A stretch of 39,842 bases of DNA from an uncultured Aquificales bacterium (GTDB taxonomy: Bacteria; Thermosulfidibacterota; Thermosulfidibacteria; Thermosulfidibacterales; Thermosulfidibacteraceae): positions 1-39,842 of the forward strand of contig CAYPLO010000007.1 of NCBI GenBank assembly GCA_964411615.1, given 5' to 3'. This document shows, piece by piece, positions 25,915 to 33,721 of this stretch. The notes under the pieces were generated by a model that was not told the DNA's origin, did not search any database, and saw only the letters and a list, made by a program, of their open reading frames with translations. Within the stretch, counting starts at the first letter, position 1. The number at the start of each line of letters is the position of its first letter. Made by a program: the position numbers and the translations under genes.

Positions 25915-25943
25915 AAATTATCCCGAAAAAAGTTTTATTTCAA
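25915..25943 (-). promoter_or_regulatory. Putative sigma70 promoter of the histidine kinase (predicted leaderless)
   Basis: Minus strand TTGAAA (25943-25938), 17 bp spacer, TAATTT (25920-25915), then 7 nt to the ATG; no SD. Confidence 0.6.
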
Positions 25944-25981
25944 CGGAGGTTGACAGGGGACTCTCTCTTCCTTATTAAGTT
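25926..25981 (+). promoter_or_regulatory. Putative sigma70 promoter of the tRNA-Ser cluster with UP-like A/T tract
   Basis: Perfect TTGACA at 25950-25955, A/T tract 25926-25940, AT-rich -10 region TATTAAGTT at 25973-25981 (exact hexamer ambiguous). Confidence 0.6.
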
Positions 25982-25997
25982 TAATGCCTCCTCTTGA

Positions 25998-26090
25998 GGA
26001 GGGGTGGCCGAGTGGACGAAGGCGGGTGACTTGAAATCACCTGAGGGCTTAACAGGCCCTCCGGGGGTTCGAATCCCTCCCCCTCCGCCA
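25998..26090 (+). tRNA. tRNA-Ser (anticodon TGA)
   Basis: Acceptor GGAGGGG/CCCCTCC, G discriminator, encoded CCA; anticodon arm GGTGA-CT TGA AA-TCACC; long variable arm; GTTCGAATC. Confidence 0.97.
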
Positions 26091-26120
26091 GATGAGAGGA
26101 GGTTTGCGGGCGCCATCTGC

Positions 26121-26212
26121 GGAGAGGTGGCCGAGTGGTCGAAGGCGCTCGCCTGCTAAGCGAGTGGCCGGGTAAAACCGGCCCGCGGGTTCGAATCCCG
26201 CCCTCTCCGCCA
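26121..26212 (+). tRNA. tRNA-Ser (anticodon GCT)
   Basis: Acceptor GGAGAGG/CCTCTCC, GCCA end; anticodon arm CTCGC-CT GCT AA-GCGAG; long variable arm; GTTCGAATC. Confidence 0.97.
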
Positions 26213-26231
26213 TAATGGTTGTGAGGTGGCC

Positions 26232-26279
26232 ATGAGGTTTGCTGTTATAAATATGAACTGGTGGTGGCAGGTCCCCTGA
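26232..26279 (+). CDS. trpL: trp operon leader peptide, MRFAVINMNWWWQVP
   Basis: GAGGTGG SD upstream of ATG 26232, three consecutive TGG codons at 26259-26267, TGA 26277-26279, directly upstream of hairpins and trpE. Confidence 0.9.
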   Translation: MRFAVINMNWWWQVP

Positions 26280-26308
26280 GGGGGCCTGCCCCTTAGCTTG
26301 GTTCAGAG

Positions 26309-26340
26309 GCCGTGGGCAGGTCCCTGCCCACGGCTTTTTT
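26309..26340 (+). terminator. Attenuator intrinsic terminator 1 (segments 3:4)
   Basis: GCCGTGGGCAG-GTCC-CTGCCCACGGC (11 bp perfect stem) followed by TTTTTT. Confidence 0.92.
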
Positions 26341-26344
26341 GTTT

Positions 26345-26386
26345 GGGCCGTGGGTCCTTAAAAGGGTCCACGGCCCTTTTTATTTT
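26345..26386 (+). terminator. Attenuator intrinsic terminator 2 (segments 5:6)
   Basis: GGGCCGTGGGTCCT-TAAA-AGGGTCCACGGCCC (14 bp including 2 GU pairs) followed by TTTTTATTTT. Confidence 0.9.
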
Positions 26387-26400
26387 CGGGAGGTGGCTCA

Positions 26401-27786
26401 ATGGAGTTTGAGAGGTTTCGGGATTACTGGGAGAGGTACCGGAGGATACCCTGCTGGAGGGAGTTCGTCTTTGATATGGCCTTTGTCCCCCTTCTCGTAT
26501 CCGGATTCTACGGGGAGGATTTCTTCCTCCTTGAGAGCGCCAACACCAGGAAGGAGTTTTCAAGGTTTACCTACTTGGGGGTTCCTTCCGACGTGAGGGT
26601 TGTGGAGGGGACGGACCCCTTCAGCTTGGTTAAGGAGGCTGTGGCTCCCTCTGCCCCTGAGGTTCCTGAGCTTGGGGATTTCTGCGGGGGATTGGTCTTT
26701 ATGCTGGGGTATGGGGCCTCCAACTACACGGGGGTTCTCAGGAGGAGGGTCAGGGAGGGGGAGGATTTGGCCGTGCTGATGAGGGCGGACAGGTTCTACG
26801 TGCTGGATAACTACACCCAGAAGGTCTACGGCTGTGTTGTGGTTGAGAGGGGGAACTCTGCCAGGGGGGATTACGAAAGGGCCATGGATGAGCTTGCCCT
26901 TATGGAGGAGCGTTTGAGGGAGGCGGCGGTTGCGGAGGGCATGCACGGCCACAAGGTGGAGGAGGTGGTGTGGGAGATGGAGCCCGGACAGTTTATGGAT
27001 GCTGTGGCGGCGGTGAAGGAGATGATAGCCTCTGGAGAGGCCATACAGGTGGTGCTGAGCCAGAAGGTTGAGGTGAGGGGGAATCTGAATCCGGTGGCCT
27101 TCTACAGGTACCTCAGGAAGATAAACCCCTCGCCATACATGTTCTTTTTGAAGTGTAAAGATACCGTGTACTGCGGCTCCTCTCCTGAGGTTCACCTGAG
27201 GGTGAAGGGGAAAAGGGCCCTTATGAAGCCCATAGCGGGCACCTACCCTGTGGGGCCAGACCTTGACCGTATCATAGCCTCCTTAAAGCGGGATGAGAAG
27301 GAGAGGGCTGAGCATCTGATGCTGGTTGACCTTGCCAGGAACGACCTCTACACCCACTGCCTTCCGGAGAGCGTTGAGGTTGTGAGGTTTATGGAGGCCG
27401 AAGTCTACTCCCACGTGGTCCATCTGGTGTCCACGGTGGTGGGGACGTTGCCTCCTGGAACCTCACCTGTTGACCTTCTCAGGATGACCTTCCCCGCAGG
27501 CACCGTCAGTGGTGCTCCCAAGGTCAGGGCCATGGAGATTATAGACGAAATGGAGTTCTCCCCCAGGGACTTTTACGCGGGATGCGTGGGGTACTACAGC
27601 TACAACGGTAATATGGACACCTGCATAACCATTCGCTCTGCCAGATTCAACCCCGCAGGATGCGTGCTCAGGGCAGGAGCGGGAATCGTTTATGATAGCG
27701 TTCCTGAAAGGGAGCATCAGGAGGTTGTGAACAAGCTCAAGGCCCTTCTTGTGGCCATGGAGAACTCCGCCCTCATGGAGGTGTGA
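26401..27786 (+). CDS. trpE: Anthranilate synthase component I
   Basis: FLLES and NPSPYM (Trp feedback motifs), GSSPE, PIAGT, EHLMLVDLARND, FPAGTVSGAPK, AGAGIV. Confidence 0.96.
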   Translation: MEFERFRDYWERYRRIPCWREFVFDMAFVPLLVSGFYGEDFFLLESANTRKEFSRFTYLGVPSDVRVVEGTDPFSLVKEAVAPSAPEVPELGDFCGGLVFMLGYGASNYTGVLRRRVREGEDLAVLMRADRFYVLDNYTQKVYGCVVVERGNSARGDYERAMDELALMEERLREAAVAEGMHGHKVEEVVWEMEPGQFMDAVAAVKEMIASGEAIQVVLSQKVEVRGNLNPVAFYRYLRKINPSPYMFFLKCKDTVYCGSSPEVHLRVKGKRALMKPIAGTYPVGPDLDRIIASLKRDEKERAEHLMLVDLARNDLYTHCLPESVEVVRFMEAEVYSHVVHLVSTVVGTLPPGTSPVDLLRMTFPAGTVSGAPKVRAMEIIDEMEFSPRDFYAGCVGYYSYNGNMDTCITIRSARFNPAGCVLRAGAGIVYDSVPEREHQEVVNKLKALLVAMENSALMEV

Positions 27787-27787
27787 G

Positions 27788-28348
27788 GTGATTGTGCTTG
27801 TGGATAACTACGACTCCTTCACCTACAACCTTTACGCCCTCTTCAGACTTCAGGGGGCAGAGGTGAAGGTTGTGAGGGAGAACGAGCCGTTGCCTGATGG
27901 GCTTTCCGGTCTGATACTGTCGCCGGGGCCCTCAAAGCCTGAGGATATGCCCGGTGCCTGCGAGAAGTTAAGAAGGGTTATGGGGAGGATACCTGTCTTC
28001 GGCGTGTGTCTGGGTATGCAGATAATAGCCCATGTGCTCGGACACGAGGTCTCAAGGGCCAGGACCATACAGCACGGCAAGGAGGACAGGGTAAGGGTGG
28101 TTGCCGACTCTCTCATTCTCAAAGGGATACCATCGGGGTTCAGGGTTGTGAGGTACCATTCCCTTAGCGTGAAGCTGAAGAATGGGAATCTTGCCCCTGT
28201 GGCCTACTCGGAGAAGGACGGTGAGCTTATGGCCTTTGAGAACAGGGAGCTCGGGCTCTTCGGAGTCCAGTTCCATCCAGAATCGGTGCTTTCCGAGTTT
28301 GGCCATGTGATAGCGAAAAACTTTATAGAGGTGTGTCATGGTGGCTAA
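27788..28348 (+). CDS. trpG: Anthranilate synthase component II (glutamine amidotransferase)
   Basis: VDNYDSFTYNL, SPGP, GVCLGMQ, RYHSL, QFHPES; start trimmed to GTG 27788. Confidence 0.95.
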   Translation: MIVLVDNYDSFTYNLYALFRLQGAEVKVVRENEPLPDGLSGLILSPGPSKPEDMPGACEKLRRVMGRIPVFGVCLGMQIIAHVLGHEVSRARTIQHGKEDRVRVVADSLILKGIPSGFRVVRYHSLSVKLKNGNLAPVAYSEKDGELMAFENRELGLFGVQFHPESVLSEFGHVIAKNFIEVCHGG

Positions 28349-29324
28349 GAGGGTGCTGAAGGGTGAGAGGCTCTCCTTTGAGGAGGCCAAGTCCCTGTTT
28401 GATGCGGTATTTGACGGGCAGTATCCTACGGAGGTTGTGGCCGGGGTGCTTGTGGCCATGTCCCTGAGGGGGGAGACCCCTGAGGAGGTGGCGGCGGCCA
28501 TTGAAGCGGCCGATGAGAGGAAGCTGAGGGTTGAGCACGGGGTTTCCCCTGTTGTTGACACCTGCGGAACTGGTGGGGATGGGAGCTCCACCTTCAACGT
28601 ATCCACGGCCTCCTCTCTCGTTGTTCGTGCCTTGGGCCTTGCGGTTGCAAAGCACGGCAACAGGGCCGTGACGGGTAAGATGGGGTCTGCGGACATCCTT
28701 GAGAGGCTTGGGGTGAGAATCTGCAAGAGTCCCTCTGAGGCCCGCAGGGAGCTTGAAGGTAGAAGATACGCCTTCCTCTTCGCACCCGGGTTCCATCCTG
28801 CCTTCGCTAAGGTGGCCGGTGTAAGGAGGGCTTTGGGGGTGCCCACCATCTTCAACCTGCTGGGTCCGCAGGTCAACCCCTGCCGTGTGGATGCCCAGGT
28901 TATAGGGGTCTATTCCCCGGCCAAGGCCCGGGTTGTGGCGGAGGCCTTATCCCTTCTTGGGAGGAAGGGGAGGGTGGTGGTCTGCGCCGAGGATGGGCTG
29001 GACGAGGTGAATACCGAGGGTTCCACTCTGGTCTTTGAGGTGGATGGAGGTGTGAAGCACTGGAGGTTTGAGGCGGCAAAGCTTATGGGCAGGGAGTTTC
29101 CCATACCCAGGATTGAGGATGAGGAGCAGGGGGAGAAGGTCTTTCTTGGAGCCATCTCGGGTAAAAACAGGGAGGCGGCTTCTGCTGCAGCCCTCAACGC
29201 TGCCTTTGCCCTTTACGCAGCGGGGGTTGCCTCTGTTGAGGAGGGATACGGGATGGCCATGAGGGCCATAGATGAGGGGGCCGTGGTTGATGTGCTGAGG
29301 GAGCTTTCCAATGGGGTTTCTTGA
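28338..29324 (+). CDS. trpD: Anthranilate phosphoribosyltransferase
   Basis: DTCGTGGDG, FNVST, KHGNR, TIFNLLGP, DGLDE. Confidence 0.96.
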   Translation: MVAKRVLKGERLSFEEAKSLFDAVFDGQYPTEVVAGVLVAMSLRGETPEEVAAAIEAADERKLRVEHGVSPVVDTCGTGGDGSSTFNVSTASSLVVRALGLAVAKHGNRAVTGKMGSADILERLGVRICKSPSEARRELEGRRYAFLFAPGFHPAFAKVAGVRRALGVPTIFNLLGPQVNPCRVDAQVIGVYSPAKARVVAEALSLLGRKGRVVVCAEDGLDEVNTEGSTLVFEVDGGVKHWRFEAAKLMGREFPIPRIEDEEQGEKVFLGAISGKNREAASAAALNAAFALYAAGVASVEEGYGMAMRAIDEGAVVDVLRELSNGVS

Positions 29325-30084
29325 TAAAGTCAGGGCCTACAAGCTTGAGGAGGTGGAGGGGTTAAATCCTGAGGACTTCGGAGACAGGAGGCGTCCGGTC
29401 CTCAATCCCCTGGAGTATATCAGCAGCAGGCCTGTTATTGCGGAGGTTAAGAGGGCCTCTCCAACTGCCGGTGTCATAAGGCTCTCGGACCCTGTGGAGC
29501 AGGCCCTTCTGTATCAGAAAGGTGGCGCAGGGGCTGTGAGTGTTCTGGTGGATGAGAGGTTCTTCAGGGGCTCCTGGAGCTATCTGAAAGATGTGGCCTC
29601 TGAGGTTGAGATACCGGTTCTTTGTAAGGAGTTCATCCTGTCTGAGAAGCAGATAGAGGTTGCCTACAGATGCGGAGCCGACTTCGTTCTGCTGATTTAC
29701 GGGTTTGTTGAGAGGGACAGATTGGTTGAGCTTATGAGGTTCGCTTCTGCAATGGGGCTTGGGGTGCTCCTTGAGGTCTTTGCCCCTGAGCATCTGGAGG
29801 AGGCCCTCTCTGTAGATGTGCCCATGATAGGGGTGAACAGCAGGAACCTTCAGGACCTGAGTGTGGACCTGGGGAGGGGGCGCAGGATGCTATCCCGGAT
29901 ACCGGGAGGAAGGTTCAAGGTGGCGGAAAGCGGTATGAGGAGCCTGGATGATGTGAGGCTAATGGTTGAGGCGGGGGCGTCTGCCTTCCTCATAGGGGAG
30001 ATGCTGATGCGGGCGGAGGACCCCGTCTCCCTTCTGGAGGAGATAAATGGTCTTTGTGAAGGTGTGCGGCGTGAGGGACCTTGA
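29311..30084 (+). CDS. trpC: Indole-3-glycerol phosphate synthase
   Basis: IAEVKRASPT, PVLCKEFI, GVNSRNL, AESG, LIGEMLM. Confidence 0.95.
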   Translation: MGFLDKVRAYKLEEVEGLNPEDFGDRRRPVLNPLEYISSRPVIAEVKRASPTAGVIRLSDPVEQALLYQKGGAGAVSVLVDERFFRGSWSYLKDVASEVEIPVLCKEFILSEKQIEVAYRCGADFVLLIYGFVERDRLVELMRFASAMGLGVLLEVFAPEHLEEALSVDVPMIGVNSRNLQDLSVDLGRGRRMLSRIPGGRFKVAESGMRSLDDVRLMVEAGASAFLIGEMLMRAEDPVSLLEEINGLCEGVRREGP

Positions 30085-30607
30085 GACGGCCCTTGCGGTC
30101 TGTGAGGCGGGGGCGGATGCCGTGGGTTTCGTCTTTCACAGAAGAAGCCCCAGGTTTGTGGAGCTGGAGGTTGCAGGAAAGATAGCTCTGTCCATACCTC
30201 CACAGGTGGTGAGGGTGGCGGTTATCAAGAGCGCCGATGAGTTTGTGCCGGACATGCTTGAGTTCTGCCATCTTGTGCAGGTGTACGAGCCCATTGATAT
30301 TGACCCTTCAAGGCTCATCCTGGGGGTGTCGGGTTTCACCTCTGCTGAGGCGGCTTATTACCTGCTGGATTCAAGCCACGGCACGGGGAGGTTTGCCGCG
30401 TATCCGGAGGACCTCTTCGGGTTGCCGAGGGAGAGGGTGATTGTAAGTGGTGGGCTCAATCCTGAGAATGTGGCTTCTGTAATCGCTAAGTACAGGCCCT
30501 TCGGCGTTGATGTGTCCAGCGGGGTTGAGAGGGCTCCCGGGGTTAAGGACCTGGAGCTTGTGAGAAGATTCATTGAACGGGTGAGGGAGGCGGAGAGATG
30601 CCTGTAG
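30047..30607 (+). CDS. trpF: Phosphoribosylanthranilate isomerase
   Basis: [42 protein letters not shown]. Confidence 0.95.
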   Translation: MVFVKVCGVRDLETALAVCEAGADAVGFVFHRRSPRFVELEVAGKIALSIPPQVVRVAVIKSADEFVPDMLEFCHLVQVYEPIDIDPSRLILGVSGFTSAEAAYYLLDSSHGTGRFAAYPEDLFGLPRERVIVSGGLNPENVASVIAKYRPFGVDVSSGVERAPGVKDLELVRRFIERVREAERCL

Positions 30608-31755
30608 GTTTTTACGGAAGGTACGGGGGCAGGTTCGTGCCGGAGACCCTTATCCCTGCCCTTGAGGAGCTGGAGGAAGCGTTTGAGCAGTTCAAGAGGG
30701 ATGAGACAGCCAGAGAGGAGCTTGATGGCCTTCTCAGGGAGTATGCGGGAAGGCCCACACCTGTCTATTTTGCCAGAAGGTTCTCCGAAGCCTATGGCTT
30801 TGAGCTGTATCTGAAGAGGGAGGACCTCCTGCATACGGGGGCCCACAAGATAAACAACACCTTGGGACAGGGGGTGCTCACTAAGTTCATGGGCAAGACC
30901 AGGGTTATTGCGGAGACGGGGGCTGGTCAGCACGGTGTTGCCACAGCCACGGCGGCGGCCCTTCTGGGGCTTGAGTGCGTCATATACATGGGGGCTGTGG
31001 ATGCAGAAAGACAGAGGATAAACGTGGAGAGGATGAGGCTTCTTGGGGCGGAGGTGAGGGTGGTTGATGAGGGAAGCAGAACCCTTAAGGACGCCATAAA
31101 CGCCGCTTTAAAGGACTGGGTGAGCAATGTTAGGACCACCCACTACATGATAGGCTCCGTTGTGGGGCCCCATCCCTTCCCCGAGATTGTTGCCTATTTC
31201 CAGAGTGTTATTGGTAGAGAAGCCAGGGAGTACTTTGAGGGAATGGGGTTTCTGCCTGACGCCGTTGTTGCCTGTGTTGGGGGAGGAAGCAACGCCATAG
31301 GCATATTCAGGGGGTTTCTTGATGCCCCCTGTGAGCTCATAGGGGTTGAGGCGGGCGGTGTGGGGGATGCCCCGGGCCAGCATGCCAGGACCCTTGGACT
31401 TGGAAGGCCCGGGATACTCCACGGGGCCCTCAGTTATCTGCTCTACGATGAGCACGGACAGGTGATGCCCGTGCACTCGGTATCTGCCGGACTTGACTAT
31501 CCCGGGGTGGGACCTGAGCACAGCTATCTTAAGGATGCGGGAAGGGTCCGCTACGAGTTCTGCAGGGATGAGGATGCCCTCAGGGCCTTTCGGGAGCTTG
31601 CCGGTCTTGAGGGGATACTTCCCGCCCTTGAGAGCTCCCATGCCATAGGTTTTCTGATGGTTCACGCAGGGGAGTTTGAAGGCAAGAGGGTACTTGTGAA
31701 TCTCTCAGGCAGGGGGGACAAGGACCTGGGCATAGTGCTGGGAGGTGCAGAATGA
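30598..31755 (+). CDS. trpB: Tryptophan synthase beta chain
   Basis: [15 protein letters not shown] (PLP Lys), [37 protein letters not shown]. Confidence 0.98.
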   Translation: MPVGFYGRYGGRFVPETLIPALEELEEAFEQFKRDETAREELDGLLREYAGRPTPVYFARRFSEAYGFELYLKREDLLHTGAHKINNTLGQGVLTKFMGKTRVIAETGAGQHGVATATAAALLGLECVIYMGAVDAERQRINVERMRLLGAEVRVVDEGSRTLKDAINAALKDWVSNVRTTHYMIGSVVGPHPFPEIVAYFQSVIGREAREYFEGMGFLPDAVVACVGGGSNAIGIFRGFLDAPCELIGVEAGGVGDAPGQHARTLGLGRPGILHGALSYLLYDEHGQVMPVHSVSAGLDYPGVGPEHSYLKDAGRVRYEFCRDEDALRAFRELAGLEGILPALESSHAIGFLMVHAGEFEGKRVLVNLSGRGDKDLGIVLGGAE

Positions 31756-32471
31756 GGGGAATCTACTTGGTCTTCGGTTATCCCACCGTTGAGCTTTTCT
31801 CAGAGGCGGTGCGTGTGGCCGAGGATGCAGGCTTTGACTTTCTGGAGGTGGGAATCCCCTTCAGTGACCCTGTTGCCGATGGTCCGATTCTCACCAAGGC
31901 CTCAAAGCTGGCCATAGAGAGGGGGGCCACCTTTGACGAGGCGGTAAAGTGGATGAATGGCTACACCGGCGGGCTCTCCCTTTACGTGATGACCTACGCA
32001 AACATCCTCTGGGCCAAAGGGCTATCCCTCGCCTCAAAGATGCTTGAAGGTGCGGGGGTTAAAGGGGCCATAGTGGCGGACCTTCCCAACACAGAGCATG
32101 GCCTCTTTCTGGATGGGGGATTTGAGCTTCCCATAGTCCCCTTTGCCACCCCTGAAACCAGGGAGAAGGACCTGAAGGCTATAGAGAATGCCTCTGGAGA
32201 CTTCGTCTACTTCGTCTCCGTTAGGGGAACCACCGGTGGTGCCTTCGGTCTGGATGAGGAGACGGAGAGGAAGATAGAGATGGTCAGGAAAAGGTGTGGC
32301 AAGCCTGTGGTGATAGGCTTCGGTATATCCACCTCAGAGCACGTGAAGAGGGCCCTTTCGGTGGCCGACGGTTTCGTTATAGGAACGAGGGCTGTGTCTG
32401 AGCTCACCAAGGGGCTGAACAACTTTGAAAGCTGGTGCAGGTCGTTGACATTGAAGGTTGCCGATGACTAA
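31752..32471 (+). CDS. trpA: Tryptophan synthase alpha chain (short, 239 aa)
   Basis: [32 protein letters not shown]. Confidence 0.95.
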   Translation: MRGIYLVFGYPTVELFSEAVRVAEDAGFDFLEVGIPFSDPVADGPILTKASKLAIERGATFDEAVKWMNGYTGGLSLYVMTYANILWAKGLSLASKMLEGAGVKGAIVADLPNTEHGLFLDGGFELPIVPFATPETREKDLKAIENASGDFVYFVSVRGTTGGAFGLDEETERKIEMVRKRCGKPVVIGFGISTSEHVKRALSVADGFVIGTRAVSELTKGLNNFESWCRSLTLKVADD

Positions 32472-32474
32472 GGT
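32445..32474 (+). promoter_or_regulatory. Putative sigma70 promoter for aspC-leu, overlapping the trpA 3' end
   Basis: TTGACA 32445-32450, 18 bp spacer, TAAGGT 32469-32474, about 40 nt upstream of the aspC ATG. Confidence 0.5.
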
Positions 32475-32511
32475 AGTCTTGCAAAAACCATCACAGCTTC
32501 TGGAGGGAGAG

Positions 32512-33717
32512 ATGGAGGTCAGACTTGCCAAGAGGGTGACCCTTATCAAGCCTTCGCCTACCCTCACCATAACGGCGAAGGCTAAGGCCATGAAGGCTCA
32601 GGGGATTGACGTGGTCGGTTTCGGTGCTGGAGAGCCCGACTTTGATACCCCGGATAACATAAAGGAGGCTGCCATAAGGGCCATAAAGGAGGGCTTCACC
32701 AAATACACCCCTGTTCCCGGAATAGACGAGCTCAAGGATGCCATAATAGCCAAGTGTGAGAGGGAGCAGGGGCTCAAGTACGATAGGAGCGAGGTTATAG
32801 TCTCCTGCGGAGCCAAGCACACCCTCTACAACATAGCCATGGCCCTCTTTGAGGAGGGGGACGAGGTGATAATTCCCGCCCCCTACTGGGTCACCTATCC
32901 CGACCAGGTGGTGCTTGCCGGTGCAAAGCCCGTGTTCATACAGACTAAGGAAGAGGACCAGTTCAAGGTGCTTCCCGAACAGCTGGAGGAGGCGATAAAC
33001 GAGAGGACCAAGGCCATAGTCCTCAACTACCCGTCAAACCCCACGGGCTCCACCTACACCAAGGAGGAGCTTGAGAGGCTGGCCGAGGTGATTCTCCGCA
33101 AGAACCCCAACATGTGGATAATATCCGATGAGGTCTATGAGAAGATTATCTACGATGGAAGGACCCATGTCTCCATAGCCACCGTTTCCGAGGAGGTGAA
33201 GGAGCGGACCCTTCTCGTAAATGCGGTATCAAAGACCTACTCCATGACGGGCTGGAGGATAGGCTGGGTCTGTGGAAACAAGGAGGTTGTGGCCGCCATG
33301 AGCAAGCTTCAGAGCCAGTCCACCTCCAATCCCACATCAATAGCCCAGAAGGCGGCCCTTGAGGCCCTCACCGGACCTCAGGATGCGGTGGCTGAGATGG
33401 TGAAGGCCTTTGAGGAGAGGCGCAACTACATAGTTGACAGGCTGAACGCCATGCCCGGTGTGAGCTGCTTCAAGCCCCATGGGGCCTTCTACGTATTTCC
33501 AAACTTCTCCGGTCTCTACGGTAGGAGCTACAAAGGCAGGAAGATAGAGAACTCTCTGGACTTTGCCGCCTACCTCCTTGAGGAGTACAAGGTGGCCATA
33601 GTGCCCGGAGTGGCCTTCGGTGATGACAACTGTGCGAGGCTCTCCTACGCCACATCCATGGAGAACATAAAGAAGGGATTGGACAGGATAGAAGAGGCCA
33701 TAAACAGCCTGGAGTGA
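32512..33717 (+). CDS. aspC: Class I PLP-dependent aminotransferase (aspartate aminotransferase-like)
   Basis: GAGEPDF, PAPYWVTY, NYPSNPTG, SDEVY, SKTYSMTGWRIG, RLSYA; ATG 32512 after GGAGGG SD. Confidence 0.93.
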   Translation: MEVRLAKRVTLIKPSPTLTITAKAKAMKAQGIDVVGFGAGEPDFDTPDNIKEAAIRAIKEGFTKYTPVPGIDELKDAIIAKCEREQGLKYDRSEVIVSCGAKHTLYNIAMALFEEGDEVIIPAPYWVTYPDQVVLAGAKPVFIQTKEEDQFKVLPEQLEEAINERTKAIVLNYPSNPTGSTYTKEELERLAEVILRKNPNMWIISDEVYEKIIYDGRTHVSIATVSEEVKERTLLVNAVSKTYSMTGWRIGWVCGNKEVVAAMSKLQSQSTSNPTSIAQKAALEALTGPQDAVAEMVKAFEERRNYIVDRLNAMPGVSCFKPHGAFYVFPNFSGLYGRSYKGRKIENSLDFAAYLLEEYKVAIVPGVAFGDDNCARLSYATSMENIKKGLDRIEEAINSLE

Positions 33718-33721
33718 AGTG

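Larger units (their letters stand above)
26266..26386 (+). promoter_or_regulatory. Ribosome-mediated trp attenuator with mutually exclusive hairpins
   Basis: 1:2 hairpin GGCAGGTCCCC-TGA-GGGGGCCTGCC (26266-26290); 2:3 antiterminator 26281-26291 with 26314-26324; two terminators follow. Confidence 0.88.

Noticed and set aside
25998..26090. Possible selenocysteine or suppressor tRNA (long variable arm, 'TGA')
   Set aside because: The anticodon is TGA (reads UCA, Ser), not TCA, and the acceptor stem is a normal 7 bp.
26266..26376. Repeated GGCAGGTCCC / GGCCGTGGG / CCACGGC units as CRISPR, REP or MITE
   Set aside because: Only two copies each, with no spacers and no cas or transposase gene; fully explained by attenuator pairing.
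26213..26400. T-box or TRAP-type regulation of trp
   Set aside because: No T-box consensus (TGGnACC) and no run of (G/T)AG repeats; a Trp-rich leader peptide is present instead.
26303..26596. ORFs 26312-26596 (+) and 26303-26563 (-)
   Set aside because: They run through the attenuator hairpins and trpE out of frame, with no protein-like features.
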